Of a DNA stretch of 64,000 nucleotides, positions 13,431-23,998 are shown piece by piece (position 1 is the first letter of the stretch; each line of letters begins with the position of its first letter). Source of the DNA: Eledone cirrhosa (taxonomy: Eukaryota); assembly GCA_964016885.1 (NCBI GenBank), contig OZ024740.1, forward strand, positions 389,422,001 to 389,486,000, written 5' to 3'. Both the position numbers and the translations under genes were made by a program. The notes under the pieces were generated by a model that made no database searches, was not told the DNA's origin, and worked only from the letters and a program-made list of their open reading frames with translations.

Positions 13431-16400
13431 ATTCAGTGCAGTCTGGATGGACAGCTAGATCTGGTCCAAAGTACAGTTACACACGTAAATCAGTCAAGCG
13501 TAAGATGAACACCTGTGACCAAGCTACCAGCACCAGTGATCCTGTGCAAGAAGAAGATCATATTCAGGTGAGATATCACTAGATATAAGTACTGTTATTG
13601 TTTAGCCTCAGGTGATCCTTCATTAAGCAAATTTAATCAGACATTCTAGTTGTGGTTATTCCATCTTTAGTGCATTCAGGCTCATATTACTCCTGCAGCA
13701 TACAAAGTGACCTGGCCTACCCCATGCCCCTCCCCTCCACTAGCATTCCCTAACAATTATCCTCACCATCACTACTTGAACCCCACTGGGCATGCCCCCC
13801 CCCCCCTCCTGTGAAGCGGTTGGTGATGGGAAAGGCATTCAGCTGTTGGGGGCTAAACAAAGGGTTGGGAGGACCCTTCAATTGTGTCAAGGACTTGACA
13901 GCCATCCTAGTGTTTGTTGATCTACACAATAAACACTCCCAGTATAAGTTAAATGGTTGGTGATAGGAAGGGCATCTAGCCATAGAAATCTTGTCAAACA
14001 AAGGGTTGGGAATTGTGTCAAAGACAACAACCTCTCCTGTACACTTAATAGAACGTGAGACCATACTTAAGCAAGGCACAGATCCCTGACCTGCTTAAGA
14101 GATCAGTGGCTGTTTCAGTATTGACTTGGTCTACGTAGACCTGTCCAACCCTTGCTAGCAGGGAAAGTGGATGTTAAAACAACAATGATGATGATGATAC
14201 ATACTTTATACTTGGTCCATCTTACATACCTCAATTGAGTCCATCACCATAACTTACTGCAACACAAAAGTATACAAGACAGTAGGGAATAAGCAACATG
14301 TTTAGACTGTCAGAATGCTTCCCATATGATAAAGTAGGTGGAGATGAAGCTGACTTGAGTTGAACACACTACATGGGGTGAAAGCTTTTCCAGGTTGCTA
14401 GTTTTATACTATATGTTTCAGAGTTTGCACTTCATTACTGAAAGTGTAAACAAGAGATGATGATGAAATAAGTACAAATAGTATATTGGGAAATTATATC
14501 TTCCATACCTCAAACTAAAGAGGACTTAGAAAAATCCTTATATATTTGTCTTTGTCACTTTTCTCCTTCGTGTTTTGTAAATTATAAATGCTACTCTGAA
14601 AATTCTGCTATAGCAGTAATAAAATATATGATTGCTTTCATTTCTCTGATGTTTCTTCCTTAGGTACTTGGAGTTCAGTCCAAGACTCTAACAACCCTGA
14701 CATTGCATATGGTGGGAATTACAAATCTTTGCCTTCTTGACTGTCCAAATCTGGCTACTGTCTCATGTAAGTTTTAAAATACACATACCATCTTGTATAC
14801 ATTGGTGCTGGCGTACTTCCAATCATATAAGTATAAAAAAAAAACAAGCTGAACCAATTCTTCATGCTGTTTGTATGGAAAAATGGTGTACTAAACATTA
14901 TAATATTGTAAACTTAACTATTATCTTACAAAGTATGTGCCATATATCTAAACAACAGTAGACTTGTATTAGTACTGTCTCCAAACCCATTGATATTTTA
15001 CCCAATAGCTAGCATCTATTTATGTTACATGTTTATACCAACACAGCAGCCTCTCCATCTTCCAATTGGTGATGTCTTTATAATCCACCTTCTCTCTCAG
15101 TTGACATACATCCAAAGAATTCTCAATACACAAAGGAATGTTGACTGCACTATTGTAGACATATAATAGTGGAGATGAATTAATGAAGTAAGATCTCAAG
15201 ATGTTAGTCATCACAGATGAAATGATACAGGACCAAAAATCCAGGCAAAATGTTAAACAAGGAACCCAAAACATCGTTTTCACAGCATTTTTTTCTTGGT
15301 TACGTTTCTATATATTTATGATGAATTAATGCTTGTATAGAAATAAAGGTCTTGAATGGCTAGGTAAATGTAGGATTATACATCTGAAGATGATTGGATG
15401 TTAAACCGGTTGAAACAGTGTCAACAATCTGAAAACTAAATCATTAAGATTTATTATTAAATACTAGCAGAATGGCCTGGCGTTGCTCGGGATTCTAAAC
15501 ATAGATTATCCCTCCTTTCTGAAACAGTTTTGTCGTATGTTCACCAATTGATGCAGAAGTCCTAATAAAAAGTGAAATCGCCTTGGGTGAATAGGCAAAT
15601 AATTTTCCATTAAGATTTTTCAAAAGCATGTAATTGCGTTCCCTCTCTTTTTTGTTGTTGTTTTTGCTGCTGTCAAGCCTCGTGAAATAAATACGTTTGT
15701 TTATATTTTGTTATTGTGTATGCAAAAATATCTGTACACAAATATATAATTATATATATATATTAAAATAACAGATTAAAGTTTAAGCGAAGAATCGCTG
15801 CTTTCACCCTTAACGGGATCTTCTGAAACTAAAAAAATCAATCTGTGAACGCAGAAGTAAATATTTCGAAAAACGTTACACTATATATATATATATATAT
15901 ATATCATCATCATCATTTCATTTTACGTCCGCTTTTTCCCTGCTTGCAAGGGTGGGACGGGAACTGATGCTGGCTTGATTTCTACAGCTGGATGCCCTTC
16001 TTAACACCAACCTCATTTACAGTAAGTGCTGGGTGCTTTTTTGCCATGGCACCTCCACAACCACTTTGCAGTGGAATGATATGGACCCCAGTCCCTATCA
16101 TCTCTTTTTGACAGCTGAGTAAACTGGAGCAATGTGAAATAAAGTGTCTTGCTCAAGGAAACAACACATCACCCGGTCTGAGAATTGAACTCAACCTTTC
16201 AATTGCTCTAACCACTAAGCCATGTGCCTTCAATTACACCACCCTGAGTTTACATCCCTTTTTCCCCCCTCTAACTTGATATAAATGCCTGGTTTTTAGT
16301 TGTATTTATCAGTTTCATAGTCATCTTAACTGCTTCACAACTAATTCATTAGCCATATACTATGAACATTAGTAGAAGCTAGTGCCAAGTTGATAAATCA

Positions 16401-19400
16401 TCTGAGAAGAAGGCAAGGTGCTTGTGGAGTTTAAAAAGTTCATCTAAAAAGAAAAAAAAAACATTTAATCATTTTTGTTTTATTTTTCCATATTTATATG
16501 GGTTGGATGGGTCCTCTCCAGCACAGCATCTTACCATTTGTCAACTTCTTTGTGATGTTCAGCATTCTAAGATTAGCTTTTACCATTTTTGCCCATGTCT
16601 TCCTTTGCCTACCTCATCTACATTTTTCTTTCACTTAGAATTCTTATCACATCTTCATCCAATGATCATCATTCATGTGCATTATAAGACCATACCAGCA
16701 CAATCTTCCCTCTTGCAATTACATCTGATTCCTCTTCTGCTCATTTTTTTTTTTCCATTTATTTGATGACAAGGGTCCTATCTTCATTCCTACTTTTATA
16801 TACATAATTTGAAGGAAAAGCAGACACATACTCAATGTGGTGTAATTAGTGCTATGTCCACACAGCAAGCAATAGGTATATGGCCAAGGAGATTTTTATT
16901 ATTTTTCTGATATCAAATTAAGGTTTAAGTGTGTATAATGTTTAATATTATTCATATCAAACATACCTTAGTTCCTCATTTATTGCTATGTATGTGTTCA
17001 CAGTGGAAAGTGGTTGGTGTTAGGAAGGCCATCCAGCCATAGAAACCGAGCCAAAACAAAGTATACGAACTAGACGTTGTCTCCTGACTAGTCAGACCTC
17101 AGCATGCAACAGTCTCTCTAACCTATGCATGCATGGTAAATTAACATTAAACAGTGATAACAACGATGATGTGTCCAAAATATGTTTATTTTTTATTTAT
17201 TAGTATATTTTTTCTTCTTCATCTTGTTAGGTAGTGCATGTCGTGTGTTGAAAAAGATTTCAATTGGGAAGTGTCCCAAGTTGTCCCGGATATCTTTTGC
17301 ACAGTGCAAGAAACTGTTGGAAGATCAGGTTATCAAAGAGCTTTCTCCAATGCCTTCTGATATATCACGAGTTTTGTTTCTCAGACCAATGCACCAGGTA
17401 AGAAATAGTATGTTGGCTATAGGCAGATATGTTATAACCATTTTATTTTATTCACATAAGTCATATTATATTTATTTATTTATTTTATATTATATTTATT
17501 TATTTTATTCGCATAAGTCATGTGAAATTATGTTGGTACCACAACATCCAGTCCGAAACAAATCAGGTCGTGTAGGTGTCACGACAAAAAAACACACAGT
17601 CCACGCTGTAATGTAGCCGTGTAGGTAACACGGTAAAAACCCTCCCAGTACACACTGTAAACGTGGTTGGTGTTAGGAAGGGCACCCAGCCGTAAAAAAC
17701 CCGCCAGACGTGTAGGTGTCACGACAATAAAACACACAGTCCACGCTGTAATGTGGCCGTGTAGGTAACACGGTAAAAACCTCCCAGTCCACACTGTAAA
17801 CGTGGTTGGTGTTAGGAAGGGCACCCAGCTGTAGAAAACCTGCCAGACTCCTGAGCAAGACAACCAATCTTGCCTCAAGTGGACAATTCCCGTTCAGACC
17901 CATACTAGCGTGGAAAATGGACGTTAAACGACGATGATGATGAAGTCAATGAAACCCACCTATAGCTCCCTTTAAGCCTATATTTGTCACTTTCTGGTGT
18001 GGGATTACACTAAATTCCATCATCCAATAGTTGTGTTGGATGTATTCAGCAGCAAATGAATATTATATCTACTTTGTTCACCCAATTAATATATAATTCA
18101 AAACTCTGTTAGTCTTTGTGACAGAAAAAGACATTATGGACATAGTTGATGTCTGATAATCTTGATTTTGTCTTTTTCTTGTAATTTTAATCAAATGTTA
18201 TGATATTTTGTAAATTGGTTTTGCATATGTAACGTTTGGAGCGTATTTTCATATCTAGAAATTATATTTCATAAAGTTCAGTTAGATTGAGTAAATATTA
18301 TGCAGCCAAATTCATCAATTATATTAATGAATGGTTGTTGAACACCTTAACTGTGCAAACAAATAATGTTTGTGCGCATCAGACTATTTAACTACATTCA
18401 AGGTCAACTCCTGCAAAGGCCAGCTTTGTTTTGCATCCTTTCAGGCTGATAAAAGTAGGAATATTTATGGCTTTGTGCCAAAGTTAGAAATCACTTATTT
18501 TATATAAGGTACTTGTTAAGTTAAAAATGTTACTTTATACCAGTAATATTTATAATGTTTATTTGGGCAGATGTTCTGTACTGTAATTGTGCAACCCAAT
18601 ATGAGATAGATGTGGGGTTAAAGATCTGTTTTTTTTTTGTCTTATGCTAAATATCTTTGCAGTTAATTTATAATATAGTATGTACAACATATTGTTTGTA
18701 ATGATAGCGTTTTCCCTCTCAAGTGCCTTTGATATATAAAAACTGTAGAATATTTTTGCATTGAGATTTGTTCATTATTATCACTGTTTATCAGTTACAG
18801 ATTCCGATGCAATCACTGTTTGGTGAGGAAGATCATTCTAGTGGTTACCACTGTTTAGTTAAAGACCATTGCAAACAACCCTCTATGATGGTGCTGAATA
18901 GAAAACGAGCAGAGATTTTGGTAGATCTACTTCCTAATATTAACAGGTAGCTAAATGTTTATTTATTTATTTACTTTTGTTCTTTCTTGTAAAAATTGCA
19001 TTCTACTCTGAGACCAAACTATACATTCTGTTTATTCATCATTTACCCAATACAAACCCCCTTTAATCCTCTTTAACTATAAATCGTGGTTCTGGTATGG
19101 TTTCAAGGGTGCAAGATTAAATATTCTGCATGGAAATGCTACACATAAGATTCCCTTCTTGTTATTCCCTAGAGTAGTCTAAAATAACATAGAGCATGGT
19201 GTTTAGCTGTAAGAGATGCTCGACAAAAGTTTAATCACCTTAGAGCGTTGTATTCCAGATTTGCTGTTAGGGTTCATTCCCATATTTTTTTACCTATTCC
19301 AAACTTCAGTATCGAATGCTAACAAATGTTTGCTTGTAGTAGTAAGATTTGCAGTCAGTTCAATCACCTTGGAGGATTTTATCTCAGAAAAGTATTAAAC

Positions 19401-22400
19401 TTCAAGATTTATAAGCAATGAAAAATTAGATTATGACATCTATGCCTTTTTCAGTGTTATTAATAATATAAGTGAAGGTAATTAACAACATTTATGAAAG
19501 GAAATATCTACAGTTGAGTATTAGACCGTTGTTTGGCACCTCTCTGATTATCAGCAACATAATGTATAATTTAACTTGTCATTTCATTTCATTTTACGTC
19601 TGCTTTTCCCTGCTTGCAAGGGTGGGATGGGAACTGATTCTGGCTTGATTTCTACAGCTGGATGCCCTTCCTAACACCAACCTCATTTACAGTGAGTGCT
19701 GGGTGCTTTTTTGCCGTGGCACCTCCACGACCACTTTGCAGTGGAATGATAGGGACTGGGGTCCCTATCATCTCATTTCTACAGCTGAGTAAACTGGAAC
19801 AATGTGAAATAAAGTCTCTTGCTCAAGGAAACAACACCGCCCAGTCCGAGAATTGAACTCACAACCTTTCAATTGCAAGGCCAATGCTCTAACCACTAAG
19901 CCATATGCCTCCTTATATTTATTATATCTTGTTTATACAACCCTATCAATCTTCCTTTGTCCTCAGTTTACTATTAAATATCTATTTTTAACTTAATTCT
20001 TCAGTTTTACTATTTTTTCTCAGCTTCTGCTGTTCATTTTGTTTTATAACCAATTTTTTTTATATGTAATTTCATTATCATATTACTTTATTGGTGTTAA
20101 AATCATAGAACAAACATTTATGGTCATCAATCTGGAAATAAAGACCAATATTCATGAGATAATATGGAGAAACCAGCCTTGTATCATAACACACATCAAC
20201 AGCCTAAGATGCAAGATTTGATCTACAAAATGTATCCATAACTGATACTAAGGAATGTCAAAGTAGTCCTACCACAGATCTGAAGATCAAACTTCATTTT
20301 ATCAGATAAAAGCAAACATATTCAAAGCTTCTATTTTTTCCTTAGGATACTGTATTGTGGTTGACCATATGGTTAGTAGCATAGTAAGCTCAGACTTTGA
20401 ACTCGTGGAGTGGATTGTGGAACTTGACAGTTTCCAAATTGTTTCAGCATCATGATCAACAATATCCATTGAAACCATTATAAAAGATAGAAATGAGGGA
20501 TAAATCTACCACTTTCTTCAAGTGAGCTTGTAATCAGAGCTGATGATTCGCCATCCAAAATCTGAACTAATCATTCAACATGAATCTTTTATATAAAACA
20601 TAGACACCCAAATAAAGTTGATTGGAAGTGACTCTTCCACAATTGTGTTGTTGCAATTATTGTACATTATTATCCTAAAAAGATACCATGCACTGGTATG
20701 GCCATGTTGAGCGCAGTGAGGGCTGGATCAGCAAAGTGATGAATATCAATCCAGGAGGCAGTAGAGACCCAAGAAGACCAAAAAGGACTTGGATGGAAGA
20801 TGTCCATCGGAATCAAGCTAGGCTTGGCCTGGCCAAAGTGAGATTAGTAGACAGAAACAAATGGAGCAGGATGCTAAGGAGCGCTGTCAGACAGGACCCA
20901 ACCCTGCTTAGGGATTAATTGTCTTGATAATCAAAAACTGGATGATGATGATTGGTATCATTACTGTAATTCAAGAATTATTAGAACATCTGATGGTATG
21001 GAAGTGATGGCTCCTTACATTCTGTTAACCTTGCCTTTAATCCTTTCAAGGTTGGTAAAATAAAATACCAGTCGAGTACTGAAGTTAATTTAATTGACTA
21101 ACACCTACCTCAACATTTCTAGTCTTGAGCCTATGTTAAAAATTATTACTATTGTTATTAGAGAAATATCTCATGTTGTATTTTTTTCTGCTCTTTAGTT
21201 GTCTGAAAGAGATTTTAAAAACTCGTGAAAATGGAGTGGTTCCATTGAGAGAGAACTACCCAAGGTCCATTCAAAGTTTTGAAGGTGAGATACTTTTTTG
21301 CTGATCTTCTACATAACTCAGAACAAAAACAGTTTCTTAGAGAAATTGTTTTCTATTGACATTAAACATGTAATGTTTTTAAGTCTTCATGAGACATAAG
21401 CATCGTAGTTTGATTAAGATGTTTGCTTCACAACAATGTGATTTTGAGTTCTGTCTAATGCATGGCATTTTGGGCAAATGTCTTCTATTATTGCTTTGGA
21501 CTGATGACCAATGCCTTATGAGTGAAGTTGATATATGAGACAGAAACCTGCTATCATCATCATCATCATCATCAACGTTTAACGTCCGTGTTCCACGCTT
21601 GCATGGGTTTGGACGGGGGTAGTCCCACTTGAGACAAGAGTGATTGTCTTGCTCGCATAGGACTGTCTGGCAGGTTTTCTACAGTTGGATGCCCTTCCTA
21701 ACACCAACCACATTTACAGTGTGGGTCTGGGAGGTTTTTACCGTGTTGCCTACACGGCCACATTACAGCGTGGACTGTGTGTTTTTTTGTCGTGACACCT
21801 ACACGATCTCATTTGTTTCGGCCTGGATGGCACGGCACCAACATAACTTTACATAGAACGGGGTGGTGAGGATGGGGTGGGGGGGGGGGGGGTATTTTGT
21901 TAGAGATGCCTACTGGCTGTAGTAGGTTTTACTATGTATTTAGGTAAGGCGGGTCTTCTCTGTTACTGAGTACCGCCAAAGGTCTCGGTCCAGTGACATT
22001 GTCTTGGAGAGGTGTAAGTGTGTGAGGTCGAAGTTTATCAACTCATCCCAGGTTTTTCTAGGTCTGCCTATTCCGTGGCTACCGTCTATCTTTATTGCCC
22101 TGCACTTTGTTATACAGCTATCGACTTTCATGCGCATCACGTGTCCATACCAACGTAGCCTTCTCTCGAGTAAACAACATCTGATCCCTCTTATTTCTAA
22201 TTTTTTCCTTAGTTCGTTTATGCTTTGCCGTTCACGTATATTACTGTTACACATCCAGCGGAGCATGCAAGCTTCGTTCCTCTCTAGTCTGCGTATATCC
22301 TCTGCACACAATGCCCAGGTCTCACTGCCATGCAACATTGCTGTTCGTATGCAGGCATCGTACAACCTGCCTTTCATTTTTAGGGAGAACCCTTTAGCAG

Positions 22401-23962
22401 CTAATAGTGGTATAAGCTCTCTGAACTTTTTCCAACCAGTTCTGACTCTAGCTACTGTACTTTCAGAGCACCCTCCCCCACTGCTGATTTTATCGCCCAG
22501 GTAACAGAAAGAGCTAGTATTTTGTGGGCACTTGCTGCTACTTATTGCACCAGAGCACCGGCCACATGTAAAATCTATGTTCTTAGTTAGCTTACCTGTG
22601 ATCCCACTACATCTTTTATGCACCCATACTTTGCATTTAGGACATAAAATGGAGTTTCTACCTACGCCTTTCCTACAAACTGAGCATGACCATTTCCCAG
22701 AAGGGACCGCCGCCTTATTTTCTTTCCTACAAACTAGAACTTTAGTCTTAGCCAGGTTAATTTTAAGTCCTTTTGATCCTAGGCCGTGCTTCCATGTTTG
22801 GAATTTCTTCTCTAGCTCGGCCATTGATTCAGCTATGAGTGTCAGGTCGTCTGCGTATAGGAGTTCCCATGGGCAGCCGGTCTTGAACTCCTCTGTTATA
22901 GCCTGAAGGGCAATAATAAATAGTAGGGGGCTGAGAACAGAGCCCTGATGGACGCCAACTTTTACGCTAAACTCTTCACTATATTCGTTGTTAATTCTAA
23001 CCTTGCTGACTTTCTTTATACATGGCTTGTATAGCTCTCACAAGCCATTCGTCAACACCTAGTTTTCTAAGAGCCCACCAGATAATGGAGCGGGGGACTC
23101 TGTCGAAGGCTTTCTCCAAGTCGACAAAAGCTAAGTAGAGGGGTTTACCTTTAGCTAAGTACTTCTCCTGTAGTTGTCGTACAATGAAAAGAGCGTCTGT
23201 GGTACTTTTGCCTGACACAAACCCGAACTGCATTTCATCTAGGTCAATTCTCTCTCTGATTAGTTGCGCTATTACTTTTTCCGTGACCTTCATGACCTGG
23301 TCGATTAATTTAATGCCTCTATAGTTACTCCTATCTAGGGCGTCTCCTTTACCCTTATAACAGTTAACAATGATGCTGCTATGCCAGTCCTTCGGAACAA
23401 CCCCATTCTGTACGACTTGGTTAACTATGCGGGTGACCATGGTGTGTCCCACCGTGCCAGATGCCTTCAGCATCTCAGCAACTATTTCCGAAGGCCCAGC
23501 CGCCTTACCCGTCTTCATATCCTTGATTGCTTTACTTATTATACTCCCCTCGACTAACACTGCTGGTCCCTCTATTGGGTCGATGTGGGGGAGACTGTCT
23601 TTCTCCCATTTATTCTCCTCATTTAGTAGCCTTTCATAGTGACACTTCCAAGCTACCTTCTTATCAGCGTCAGTGATGGCAAGTATGCCATCATCCTTAA
23701 GGACACACTTCTCCCCGACAATATCACGGTTTTCCTTGACACATTGCCTAGCAATCCTGAACACCTCACGTTTTTGGTCTTCGCGTTGTAGAACATGCTT
23801 GAACTTTCTTTCCTCTGCTTCCCTTCTTGTGAAGTACACTTGTCTCCTAGCTTCCCTCCTGGCCACTTGATAGTCTTCTCTACTTCCCCCATCCCGCCAT
23901 ACTTTCCAAGCCTGCTTTTTGGCCTTAATTGACCCCTCCACCTTACTGTTCCACCACCACTG

Positions 23963-23998
<36 letters not shown>

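Noticed and set aside
22004-23870. Several + strand ORFs of 65-166 aa
   Set aside because: Antisense shadows of the RTE ORF
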